A stretch of 58,089 bases of DNA, the filler included, from Sluysia triapertura (taxonomy: Eukaryota): NCBI GenBank assembly GCA_046118255.1. It is 4 parts of 4 records of this genome, joined end to end, with 100 filler letters (N's around TTAATTAATTAA, not from the genome) between each part and the next. Parts side by side here need not be neighbours in the genome. Positions count along the whole stretch, not along the records: positions 1 to 12,974 come from JBJNIA010067622.1; positions 13,075 to 27,341 come from JBJNIA010001121.1; 2 more parts are not named here. One strand, 5' to 3'. Made by a program: the position numbers and the translations under genes. Positions 1 through 13,254 of the stretch are shown here, piece by piece. The notes beneath the pieces are model-generated. The model was given only the letters and a program-made list of their open reading frames with translations. It searched no databases and was not told where the DNA came from. How positions within the stretch are numbered: position 1 is the stretch's first letter; the number at the start of each line of letters is the position of its first letter.

Positions 1-1299
1 AAATAAAGTTTAAAATAATTTCGAGTTTTATAAAGCAATTTGAATTGATAACATATAGTGAGGATTTTAATAATATAAAATAATATTTGAATACTTTAGT
101 AATCGATAAGTAGATCTAAATTCTCAAGAAGAAAAATAAGTTAAGCGTAGAGTGATCAAATAAAAGAGCAGTAAAGAAACAAAAAAATTTATTACATTAT
201 AACAAAGTTATTTATTACAATAATAATAATTCGTGTTATATATTGAAGATAATCTATTTAGTTATTTATTAAATCATATAGACGTAAAAAAAGAATAACA
301 AAAAGAAATATAAAAGTATGTGTGCATGGCTAGACAACCAATGAAATAGAAAAAGAATTAAAATAAAGAAAAATACAAAAATTATCTTAATTAAAAGTGT
401 TAGCTTACAGCGAAAAGGGTCAGACTTCATATAAATGATTCACAAAAAAAATAAAAGTTTGCAATAAAAATTAATGTCAAAATGAAGCCTAATAAATAAA
501 GTTGGTAATAACAAAAAGACTTAGACTCAATTAAAAGTTGTAAACAATTATAAACAATTTTAAAAAGATGTCTGCACAATTCTTGCTTAATTATATAAAA
601 TGTAATTAGATGCATAATGATGTGAATGGTTGCAGTTTTGATAAAATCAAAAGAGAAAGAGAAACACCGAGATTCTTTATGACCTTAAAGATTGTAAAAT
701 GAAGCGACCGAACAATGTTTAACAAAGATCACCAAAATGATGAAACTAAAGAAATAAAAGCAACACTATGATAGTAAAGATGGTTAAAGAAAGTATGTAT
801 TGATTTAAAAGCTACGATATATACAATATCCGAGAAAATAAAGACCAATGTTTTGAGATTCTTACTAATTCCGAAGATTGTAAAGTAAGTATGGCCTGTT
901 TATAAGAAAATCGAGACTTAACTTTGTCTAAGTCCTTATTTGTAACTTTTACTAATTTTGCTTCTACCTGAATTTTCTACAGCTTTGCCTATACGCCTAT
1001 TTATTGATTTAGATAGTTTTCCTCTCAAAATATATTTTGACCTGCAACTTTGCTTACTAATTTTCAATTTTTTTAATTAAATTCCTAATTTTACTTTTTG
1101 TTCTTATCCTTAATAGAGTAATATTATTTATTTTTAGAGCCGACTTAAGGCCAGACGAAAACGATTATATTATATCATATATCATGAAATTTGACATATG
1201 GTTTAATTTTAATGAATAATAATAAAAAACAAATGAAAGTAAATTGTAAAACAAATAAAAACAAGCATTAATTTTAATCAAATAGTCTATTGAAATAAC

Positions 1300-1920
1300 T
1301 ACTTCGTCTAAAGATTGTTTGATTTGGATTACATCATCAACGGATCCACAGATATTGACCAAATGAGCATTTAATAGTGTTGGGTGCTAGCAATTTCTTA
1401 ATGATCAAGAATGATAATAAATGAGCCTCTGAGTTCTGATTCGTTAACCTGATTTAAATTCAAGAGAATAATGATTTACCAAGCATGATGACCAATTTAT
1501 AGTCGTTACATTTAAATTATTTCTGCGCTAAACTTTGATAAACTATATAAAATGCTTTACGAAGCCGTGTAATACAACATTGCTAATACGGTTCATGGTG
1601 CGTATACGTACTTTAGAGTGTGGATGGCACAAATTCACAACTAATGCTTTAATATACTTATGCAAATGGTAATTAACTAGTCTACTCAATTCATCTTTAA
1701 TATAACAACTCGTTCGTTTTATTTCATAATTGTCATACGATTTAGTAGAACATATCATTACGTAAACATTCAACAAATGACTTTATTGTAATTATCTTTT
1801 GACTTACACAATTTTTGTCGCTGACAATTTTTTTAATTACATCGCATCCTGGTTGATGATTACGTTCTCTTCAAGTAGACAAAACTTGAACTAGAGTTCA
1901 TCATGTACGCATGTATCATA
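1300..1920 (-). pseudogene. DNAAF5: HEAT-repeat pseudogene resembling DNAAF5/HEATR2 (dynein assembly factor)
   Basis: YDNYEIKRTSC...LVVNLCHPHSKVRIRTMNRISNVVLHG, then after a frameshift IVYQSLAQKII; aligns by recall with DPFAAVRRESC...[23 protein letters not shown]...VLSHFAQRLFD; stops and frameshifts, no introns seen. Confidence 0.5.
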
Positions 1921-4671
1921 TGTAAATTTATTTAGATCTTAAACTTGAATAAAGAGTAAAGAGTTTTTTGACTAAATTCTACATTAGTCATAGTAAAGTA
2001 TTCTTTTAATTTCACATCAATTTTTTTCTTTATATTTGCCTCTATTAGCAGTCTTTAAACTTCTGGCAATATTGATTTTAATAACTTAATTTTTAGATTC
2101 AATATAATTAAATAGTAATAATAATAACAATAATAATAATATCAGTATTTATTCAGAATATTATGTATGTTACTTATTTACAGTATTTATAATTTACAAT
2201 ATTCATGACTATTATAAACAATTAAACTATACTAGATAATTATGTATTTATTTTGTATATGTTGATAATTATTGTGCATTTATTTCGTTTCTACGGATAT
2301 TATGTTAAATTTGAATAAAATTGTTGAGTTTTAAAATTATAAAGGTATAAAATAATAAATTTAATAAAATTAAAAAATAAAACTAACGAATTGACAAATT
2401 AATAGAAATATTTGTTTTAATTTTACAAGTAAAATTTTTCCGAGGTCAGTGTTTTTTAAAGTATATAAACATGAATGTAAAAAGATCTCACACAATTTTT
2501 GTTTGAAAATTTTATTAGTCAATAGGGAGAGAATATTTTGTTGGACAAAATTTGAAGAATTATTACCACGTACTACAAAGAATCCAATTTATTGTTCAAT
2601 TCGTTATCTTTATTTAATAAGATTTTCGCAATATTTTAAGTTATTGCTAAGAAAAGTAATAGTTAAAATTTAGAATTTTTAATCTTTTTGGTTATCGTTT
2701 AAATTATATAACCAAGTAAATAAATTATAAAATCAACTTACACAAGATTATTAATAAAAATAATCTTTATAATTTATTCGTATCAATTATTTTTAGTACT
2801 CAATTTTGTTACGTGTATTAATTGGCTCTATCGAATCTTATTAATGTATTGCTTAAATTATTAAATTATTTAATTTTTATATTAAAGAGGATAATAGATA
2901 AATTAATAAACTAACTATTTAGGTTCAATTTAATAAACTATTCAGATTCACTTTAACAAACCTGACTAAATTATATTAAAAAACTTTTCTAACGATTCCG
3001 CTTAAGAAGGTATCATTGTAAACTAACAAAAATCCTAAATTAAAATTTATTCTTACAAGTTCTCTTTACAAAAGAACCTCAGAAAAATTCCATTATTGCC
3101 CGATCTATCATAATAAAATTTTGCTTTAAAGAAAGTTGTAACTGAAATAATCTTCTTAAGGTTTCTTGTGACTCTAGTAAGATAATTTTGATCTTACTAA
3201 GTATAGAATTAAACTAATTTCTACAACTCAGCTTTAAAATTAAGATATAAATTGTTATAAGGAAAATTAATTTAACCTCCACTAGTTTTCACGTTATTTA
3301 AAATCCAACATTCTAGCCATAATCTGTAAGCCTAGATACGTTGGTGAACTCACTTACATTTTTATTAAGTAAGATTTAAATTAAATAAATCACATTTTTC
3401 TAATAATAATAATAATCAAATGATGACAATAATTAAATAATAATAGTAATGACAATAATAAAATTATACAGTTTTTTGTGCATACTTATAAACAGTTAAA
3501 TCGCAGATACAAAATTGTGAAAAATACTGCTAAATACAAACTAGAAAAACAAGTAACTTAAACAGCATGAAGTAGAGTGATAATGGTAATAATTAATCAT
3601 GATAATAATAATATCGTTTTTATTGTTTTATTTTTATCATTTTTCTTCTCATTTTATGCATGTACATTAAAAAGTTATTGTCATTCTAGAACACATGTTT
3701 ACCCGAACGTTATATAGCAAGGCATCTATATAAGCCAACAGAACTTATATTAAAATATTCAATTTCACTGTTAAAGTCTTGTTCATTCAAGTTTCTTTAC
3801 AGTATAACTAAGTTTCATTAATGTTTTATTCCAAACTGTGTTTTATTTGTGTTTTCATATTTAAAAGTATAATTTTTGTATTTATGCATGAATATTAAAT
3901 AAGTGTATAAAAATTACAAATTAGATATTTTTTAAGAGTAATGTGAGCAATAATACAGTAGTACAAATTAATTAATCGATAATTATTAGAATTATGACTG
4001 TTTGAAATATGGTCTTAACGCCACATCGTCTAACTTTTCAAACCACTTCTCTCAGTAAATTTATGAACCAATACATAACATTCATATAACAATTGAATAT
4101 GGGTATGATAATATGAATGGATGTCGTGTTGATCTAAATTCAGGTATTGAAGTTTTTATGTGCAAATATATTTTGATGAAGAAATGTATTATAGTTCTGT
4201 AAATAATATTATTTTCTTGTAATAATTGTGTAAATTATAAATAATAATCATAATAATCATAATAATTAATGTAAATTATAAATAATAATCTATTTATTTT
4301 TAATGAATATTTTTAATAAAAGTAAATTTGTAAATAATAATCAATCTATTTTTAAATCTGTAAACAATTATTTATTTTTCATGTAAATAATAAAGTAAAT
4401 ACAAACGGATATTTATATTACATTTAAAACTCGAACGGAAATTCATTAGAATATTTATAAATGTTTATATTTAATCAAAAAATTTATTGTAATATCGGAA
4501 TTTATTTATGTAAATTATTCATTGGAAGTATATAAAATTATAAATATTTATACTTAATCGAAAATTTATTGTAATATCGGAAATTATTTATGTAAATTAT
4601 TCATTGAAGTTTATAATACCAGAAAGTATATAAAAGGTAAGAAAATTGTTAAAATATTGACAAGTAATAAA

Positions 4672-4803
4672 AGGTCTAGTGATTTTTCGATTTGGAGAGC
4701 AATTCAATTTGGTGATTTTTCGATTTGGAGAACAATTAAATTTAGTGATTTTGCGATTTGGAGAGCAACTCAGTTTAGTGATTTTGCGATTGGGAGAACA
4801 ATT
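4672..4803 (-). repeat. 33-bp x4 minisatellite encoding (N/S)CSPNRKITK(L/F) on the minus strand
   Basis: Four units without indels; most differences between units are synonymous in this frame. Confidence 0.85.
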
Positions 4804-7800
4804 CGATTCATAATTTTTATAATTTGGCTAATTTGGTATAACCGCACGTTTAAATTGGTGAAATTCTACAGTCAAATTTGGTGCATTCAATTCGCTCGGA
4901 AATATTTATTTGATTCAGTAAGCTTTTTATTATAAGTTACAGACCCGATTAATTAAAACGGTCTTAAAATCAACTTAAACTCATCTACATCTATAGACAC
5001 TCACGATTAAAAATCTTGAGTTAAAATCGACTCAAATTACAAATTTTATATCATTATTATATCATTAAATTGAATCTTTATTTGATAAATCTGATTAAAT
5101 TATTTGTTTGTTTATTTAAAACTGTTTGTATAAAATTTTATATTTTTACATTTTTGATCATTAATAAAAAATACCAACGTTTAGTATTTTGTTATTGTGT
5201 TAAAAGGAATTTTCTAATAAAAGTAATACTCGTTTTAATTTTAAAGAAAGTCACGGAAAAATTTGAATAAGTTTAAAGAAGAAGTAAATTTTTGAGTTAA
5301 TTAATCAAAGCAAAATTAATATATTTCTTGAATTAAGACGTTTGTTAAAAGTTATAAAAGTTAAAAGGAATTTAGAGAACAATTTATTCTTAGTAAAAAT
5401 TTGATCAATCATTAATAAAAGAAGAATTTTTTAAGAAGTAAAAAATCTTTTAATAAAATTTCATTGTAAGTCCATTCTTTCGGATAATTTATAATTGAAT
5501 CACAAACTTTGTTAGTTCCAAAGAACATATAGAATATATAGTATCGATCTTTTCCAATTCACTTGACAGAGCTTTAAAATCCTACGCACTCGTCCATTTT
5601 TGGTAAATCGATTGACGTAGGCGAACCCAAAGTATAAATTAATATTTTATAATTGTTCAAGAGTTAAGAAAAAACCTAACATAAAGATTTCGGATAAATA
5701 ATCAATATTTATTGTTAATATTGGTTTATATTGTTTTTTACGATTCTTTATTATTTTGCTTGTGTTACTTTTAAACGTATTAATTAGTTAAAGATGCCGA
5801 GCAAAAGGATAAATTCATTTAATAAAACAAGATATTGTTCAAAAATCCTACAGGATAGTCTATTATAATAATTTGATAGACAAAGTTAATTAAAGTTTAT
5901 AATATTTTTTATTTAAATAAAGCATCATCAAGTTATTCATGAATTTAAATTTTTAAGTCATTTAATATCTGATAAACTTTCAGATTGACAATAAAAACGT
6001 AAAAAAGTATTTTTTTAATTTCAAATAAAAACGAAATTTGCAGTTATTTGTTTTAATTACATAAATTTCTGAATAATATCGCAATAAGAACTTGAAACAT
6101 TTTAATACAATTCAAAATAATTTTTTTATTAAATTCAGAAAATAATATTTATTTGCAAAGTTTCTAATCATATAAAGAATGCAATAATTTAAAACATTGT
6201 TATTATCAAAATAGAAAATATGGGTGCTATCGTCATATTTCACCTTAAGGATAAATGCAACATAATACAGCATATCAAAATGTATCTAATAAAACTTTTA
6301 AATTTTGTATTTTCAAATTTATTGTTTACTTCGATTTGAAATTAAATTTGGCACTGTAGACATTGTTATTCATTGAAAAGTGATACTCAAAGACTTTGAG
6401 TAATTATAAGATTAAATGGGTTTGAATTTTTTCCAATTCATAATTTGGAAAAACATACTTTAAAGGATTTATCAATTTATCTTTATAAAATCAAGATGTA
6501 AAACTTCTATAAACCGTACATTGTTAGTAAACTATTTTGCACGACAGATTAGATTAAATACTGCAATTATACGTAGGCATTACAACATTTATAAATTTAA
6601 TTTTAGATTATAAAAACTAATTAAAATAACCAATTTTTATTTTATCTGCATCGACGTGCTTCTCAACAATTCAACATTCTATTGTAATTTCACGAAATTA
6701 CTAAATTAAATAATTTTAAATTAAATTAATTAATTAATATTTTCAAGATTAAAACCTTCTTAAAGGTTCTCTCTTCGTATCCCTATCTTATTTTGTACAC
6801 ATATACCATTAACAAGCACTGCTCATCAAGGTATTTTACTTTATTCTTATAATAACAGCAACAATTAAACAATTTAAAATTGGGTTTATAGCCTTATAAG
6901 TAAAAATGGTTAGAGAGTGAAATAGTGAATGGAGATAAGAAAAAGAAAATGATAAATAGTCAAGAACATAACGTAACAAAAAAAGTAGAAAATTTGATTA
7001 ATAAATTATAATTATTTGGTTGACAAATTTTGATTATTTTAATAACAAGTTTCGAATAATTGGATTAAGATTTTGATTATCTAGTTAAGAAGTTTGGTTA
7101 TTTTGTTGACGAAATTATTTAGTGATACATGAAATTCCTTTATATAAGGAAAATATAACAAAATAAAATATCTAAAATTCATTTTTAAATGACAAATTTT
7201 AAGGATCTTAATTTAAGTATTATTTTAATATTTTTTTGAAAAAAATTAAAAACTACATCTAAAGTTAATAAAAATATAAGATAAATTAATTAAATCATAC
7301 CTTAAACAAGAAATCTCCTACAAATAAACATATCAGTATGTGGCACTTCTGTCATGTCATCGAACAGTGCTTGTCATACTATGTGTTAACGAAAAATGTT
7401 TCCAAAATACATTGAACATTCAATATTTTATGGTAAACTAAAATCGTACTTTGATAAATTTATATTTAAGTCTTGGAAAATTTAGCATTTTTAGCATTAA
7501 GGGTTTACAATTGTATTTATTTTGATTCTTTTTCTATTTATTTCTTATTTTTTCCAAGTAAAGAAATAATCAAAATACTGTAGTCGATAAAAATATCATT
7601 ATTGCATTTTCATTTATAAAAATTATTCAATTTTTTTAAACTCTAACAATAATAATAAAATATTGATAAATAATGATGATTATAGTGAGTATTACATCTA
7701 CTACTATTATTTAATATAAATTAAAATTTTTTAATAAATAACTGTAAAATTTCTGAATTTCTCTTGGATATAGTGTATAGGACTTTTGAATCACAAGTAT

Positions 7801-9417
7801 TTATTTATTACCATATTATTTGTTATTAAAGATTGTGTATGATCATTATTTGTTATAAGTTGATCCGAGAAAACCAAGATAAGTAGAAAAGATATTTGTT
7901 AATTGAAATTTAGTTAAAGTTATCTGAAGTGAGATAGATCAGAAAAATTATTTGGGTATACAATAAATTACAACTAAAGTGGGATTTTTTTGAACAATTT
8001 GTAATGTATAATAAAATAAGAATGCAAGAACCTCAATAAAAAACTTAAGTTCATATACATTGATAACATAATATAAAAATCCTGTAACAACGTCTTCCCG
8101 TAGATTGTAGATGAACATATTTATATAAAAATGAATATTAGTTAATATAAAATTGAATAGTGGTTAATATAAAAATGAATAACCCTATAATTGTATTTTT
8201 ATTATACTACTTGTGCATCTAATAATAATATTAGTTTTTGAAAGCGCTAAATTAATAACTTGATAATTACCTAAAACCGTATAACAATGACTCAATACTT
8301 CAAAATACGAGTTTTTTATTAAGTAAATAAAAACTTAAATAAATTTTAAAACTTTACTATTTTTAATACTTTAATCGTGAAAATGAATTCTTTAAATTTG
8401 TCTCAATTGGTGAGATAAAAAATATGAAAGTTTATTCTATATTTGAATCTTAATTATTACTAGATTCAGAAATAATTATAACTTCGAAAATATATTCTGT
8501 ACAAATAATAAAACTAGATATAATATTATCAATAATATTACAACAATAAATTGTAACATGTAAAAACAAATCACACGTAATTTAACTATTTATTTTAATT
8601 TTATTAAAATTAATTTAAATTTAAATGATTTTATTTTAGATTTTATGTTAAATTTTGAGTTATGTATTATACAATACTACTCAAAATTCAATAATATTAA
8701 TTTAGAAACTTGATGTTTATAAATATCCTTGCTAAAAGTTCACTTTACATATGACTATTTTGTTGAATAATTTCAAACAAATTTGTCTTTGTCCAATAAT
8801 ATTAAATTAATGCTGTTCAATAATTTCAAATTCGTTATTATCTAAAAAAAATTACTTCTTTGTTTTGTTATTTTTGTTTCTAAGTATTTTATAGCATCTG
8901 TTCTACATTCTATTTCCACCTTTAATTAATTTATTTGTATATATAATTTTATTAATTATTTATATAATTATATAGCATAATTTATTCTTGGTAATAGTTA
9001 AATTTGTCCCACAGTATAACTTTGGCATATATTTATTTAGCATAGAGTTTATTTGTATTTATTCATTTCTATTTTATTAAAATTTTCTATTTTTCGATCC
9101 TACTAAAGCTTTTCGTTTTGTTTTTTTATTTTCTTGCTTAAATTTGTTGTTTAAATGCACTTTATTTAGCTATTTAAAGGTATATTTTGTATTTTATATT
9201 TTATATTTCAAATTTATTGCATTGTTATTTTGATTATATTGAAAAGAAGACATTATTCCAGTTCATAATATTTTTAATTAAGAATTAATATTTTAGCATT
9301 CAGATAATTTCTGAGTCACACAAAATTGATAATTACTTTTCGCTTTTGAATTAGAAATATTAAATCTCGCGGATTAAAATTTATATCAATCTATTAGTAT
9401 TTTTAATTAATATTATA

Positions 9418-9437
9418 ACAACAACAACAACAACAAC

Positions 9438-9480
<43 letters not shown>
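9418..9480. repeat. (CAA)n(AAT)n microsatellite
   Basis: Read directly. Confidence 0.95.
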
Positions 9481-9483
<3 letters not shown>

Positions 9484-9591
9484 GAGAAGAGTAATATTAA
9501 TAGTAATTTTGATAATAATAATCTCATTCATTTAGGAAATTGTACCATGATTATGATTATTATTCTTAAATAGATTGTATTTTAATTAATA

Positions 9592-11095
9592 CAGTGGACA
9601 ACAAATATATAACAACGGTAGTTTTTAAATTTTATTTTAATTAATTATTAATGATATTTATTTCTGATGTTATTATTAGAAGAATATATGAAAACAAGTA
9701 AAATATTATTAAAATAAATACCTAATTACTGCGCCATATTTGAATTAAAATATAAAATGTGATTATTTACATATGACAAAGTTATAACAACACCATTCTA
9801 AAGTTTAATACATTAATTAATTTGTCAATTTTAGTCAATCAAAAGTAATTAATTTTATTGAATATATTCTATTTAAAATATTTTTTGTTAGTTATTATAT
9901 ATTTAATTAAAAAATTTTGACAAATAAAATCATTTTAAGATGCTATAGGGGAAACAATTATTGCCTATTGAAATTGGACAAATTTGGGAATACGAGAAAT
10001 TGGACGTCATATTAACAGAGATGCAAGCACAATCAGTCGAATTTCTTCAAGATTCCTATAATTATGGCAAGAAAATAAGAAGAGGGCGGAAAACAAAGTA
10101 GATATAGAGAGACAAAAGGAGCATTCTTCGTGACGTCACTGACAAAAATATGTCTCCAAAACAGATTAAATTGGTCCATCAGCTTCCTTGTTCAATAAGA
10201 ACTGCCCAATAAGGGTTGTAGGAAACTGAAAACACTTAAGATATGAGAAGAGGAAGCCCAAACCAAAATTCGCAGCAGTCGGAAAGGGTCACCTTGACAC
10301 AATTATACATATCATGGATTTTAAAATGATATCAAATTATATTCAGTGACGAGAAAGCATTTAATTTTGATGGCCCGATGGATGCCGGTTTTACTGGCAT
10401 GACCTGAGGAAGAATCCGCAGTACTTCAAAAAACGTGGATGCGGAGGTGGTTCGGTGATGGTCTGGGCAGCCTTTGGTTGAAATAATAAAACAGAAATTG
10501 TGTTCTTATACGGTAAACAAAACTCATAAAAATATATTCAAACACTCAATGACTTCCTCATCCCCGTCGCGGGTCAAATTAGAGGCCGAAACTTGATTTT
10601 CCAACAAGACAATTGTTATATCCATTGCTTCGCGGAAACAACTAAATGGTTTGAAGATAACCAAATTCGGGTTTTGAGTTGGCCATCTTGTAGCCCTTAT
10701 TTAAACCTCATTGAGAACCTCTGGGGTTTACTCGTTCGGAAAGTTTATCGGAATTGACGCCAATTTGAAAGCAGTCATTCTTTCTGCTTGGGAAGGAATC
10801 AGCCTTGAGGAGATGAAAAATCTAGTTAACTCAATGCCTAAAAGACTTATTGAAGTCTTAAAGAATGGTGACTAATTTTAAAGTTAATTAATTATTAAAC
10901 TAAGTGTTGTTATATTTCTGTCAAACCCTAAAATTACTTGTTTTAAATTAAATGTGATAATTAAATATTTTTGTCATAATCAAATTAAAGGATATAATCA
11001 TTAATAAATTATATTATTCTTTTTATAATTATTCAACAATTATTAAATAAGATACATTAAAAAAACTACTGTTGTTATATATCTGTCGTCCACCT
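9592..11095 (+). mobile_element. Tc1/mariner (Tc3-like, DD34E) DNA transposon, full-length but defective
   Basis: About 35-bp TIRs (CAGTGGACAACAAATATATAACAACGGTAGTTTTT and its inverse ending at 11095) flanked by TA; internal disrupted transposase. Confidence 0.95.
9945..10875 (+). pseudogene. Tc3-like transposase pseudogene
   Basis: FSDEKAFNFDGP, FYWHDLRK, GGGSVMVWAAF, FQQDN-(34 aa)-E, WPSCSPYLNLIENLW; several stops and frameshifts. Confidence 0.93.
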
Positions 11096-11899
11096 TATTA
11101 TATAATAATTACTAAGTAATTTAAGTTAGGACTATTCGTAATATCAATAGTCCAATAAATAATTGTACAACGAAATTATGAAAAAGAAAATTAAGTTATT
11201 ATTTAGTATCAATCATTATGTATCATTATTTTATTAAAATAGTCTATAAACTTACTTTAATTTTACAAAATACTTATTAAAAATAGATCTGTGAAATATA
11301 TAGAGTTAAAACAATTATTTGAAATTTTTTAAACAGCATAATTAAACTCGAATAATACTTCATTTTTCATCGATGATCAAATTTGTTTTGAAATCCATCG
11401 TTAATTTGAATTGGAAAGTAAATAAATATTAATTATTTATTATGATCTTTATTAATTTAATAAATATTATTAAAATAATGCAAAATGGAAATTAAGCATT
11501 AAAATTAATTCTAAATATAATTCTAAATATTGAAAATTGTATTTATTTTCTTTGCTTTATTTTAATTTTCAATAACGTTTTGAAACTTTAGTGGTGTCAT
11601 ACTTTATTAACTAATTTACAAAACTTACCATATTGGTTATTTAATAAATAAAAGGTATATTTGTTTCAATTTTAATTTTACTTTTATTAAAAAACAAAAC
11701 AAGTGTACTTTACAAGCATTTTAAAATATTGAATTAATAAGTTTAAAAACGAATTATCTATTGATTTTCAATAAATGCGTAGAAATGATAAACAATAGAT
11801 AAATTAATTTTTGAATTCAAATCCGAACAAAAATATGCCAGAACACATGAAATATGCCACAAAATATTCAAGATAATAAATTATCTTGTTTTGTCACTC

Positions 11900-12310
11900 T
11901 GTTAGATGTCATAATGACAAATAAAAATTATTTAAAACTATTTAAAATTACGAAAAAATTATTTAAAATCATAGAAAATGTTTCAAAACCATTTATTAAT
12001 CTTTAAAATGACTTTAAAAAATTATTTTCCAAAAAAGAAATTATTTTTTCCAAAAAAGAAAATAAAATTCTAAAAATAATATAGAAGCATCTAAAATGTT
12101 CTAGAATTCGATCGATTTTCATTGGATGATGACTAGTACATAAACTAGCATCAATACAGTGAAAAGAGCCATTTGCAATAATATCAATTTTAGCCATTTT
12201 AATTTTCAACAACTTCATTCGCACAGCGCCATTTTTGAAATTGATACACAAGTATTGGAAAATTATTCGTTAATCATCACCACAAATTCGATTAGAAAAT
12301 CTTTTAACAA
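11900..12310 (+). mobile_element. LTR-like repeat; a diverged second copy lies at about 43383-43620
   Basis: Shared ATGTTCTAGA...ATTGG(A/C)TGA(T/C)GACTAGTA(C/T)ATAAACT(A/G)GCATCA block (CCAAT + TATA-like); begins TGTTAG. Confidence 0.45.
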
Positions 12311-12904
12311 CTTTAGTCCTTGCACCAAGTAATTTGTTTATTTTAAGATCGATATTAGCTTTATTTAAGTATGTTAATATCATAAAATATACGTAAAATA
12401 ACATTCTATTTAGTAAAGTTTAAGGTTCCCAGATATATTGAGGGATACAATATAATGCAAAATCGTATTTAATTCTATTAACTACTCAATAGAGTTTTAA
12501 TATTAAAATAATTGTTTAAAATTTTTAGTCTTTTATTTTTTATTCTATAATCAAGTTTTAGTTATCTGAATTTTGTAAATTTTTGAATAAAACTTAATAG
12601 ACGTTTGTGATTTTATTTAATAATTGAGTATTAAATTATTATCATTTGATCCTCGTATATTTAGATCGTAAGTTTAAGTTATCACGTTTGTCTTAACTTA
12701 TATTGTTACAGAAGTGCCCTCTTTACGATGTAAGACGCTTACTGTAACCTGACCATGCTCAATTTTCTATTTTGCCGCAGGTTTAGATCTAAGCATTAGC
12801 AAAACCACAACAAAGATGCTTTATTTGTTATAAATATTCGGTCATACGCAAAGGAAAGCAAAAGGCTAAAAGAAGAGAATAATATGTAAAGAATGTGTTT
12901 AAAT

Positions 12905-12905
<1 letters not shown>

Positions 12906-12974
<69 letters not shown>
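12906..12974. repeat. (AAT)n microsatellite abutting a gap
   Basis: Read directly. Confidence 0.95.
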
Positions 12975-13074
12975 NNNNNNNNNNNNNNNNNNNNNNNNNN
13001 NNNNNNNNNNNNNNNNNNTTAATTAATTAANNNNNNNNNNNNNNNNNNNNNNNNNNNNNNNNNNNNNNNNNNNN
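12975..13074. other. Assembly gap linker
   Basis: 44 N + TTAATTAATTAA (stops in six frames) + 44 N. Confidence 0.99.
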
Positions 13075-13220
13075 GTAATACTATAATTGTAAAAATTTTT
13101 TATTATATTAGTAAATTTTAATAATTAAAACAAATGTAAGATCAGATAATTTTGTAATATAATTGTTGGTATTTAGTAATTGTTAATAATTATAATAGTT
13201 AATTTTAAATAAATTATTTA

Positions 13221-13254
<34 letters not shown>

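Noticed and set aside
4657-4935. Plus-strand ORF with DFSIWR repeats
   Set aside because: Unit variation is synonymous in the minus frame, so the plus ORF looks like its shadow
7000-7120. 21-22 bp degenerate tandem repeat as a coding heptad
   Set aside because: Unit length varies and breaks frame; an ordinary decayed minisatellite
13019-13030. TTAATTAATTAA inside N runs (also 27386-27397 and 40038-40049)
   Set aside because: Identical 100-bp artificial scaffold linker, not biological sequence
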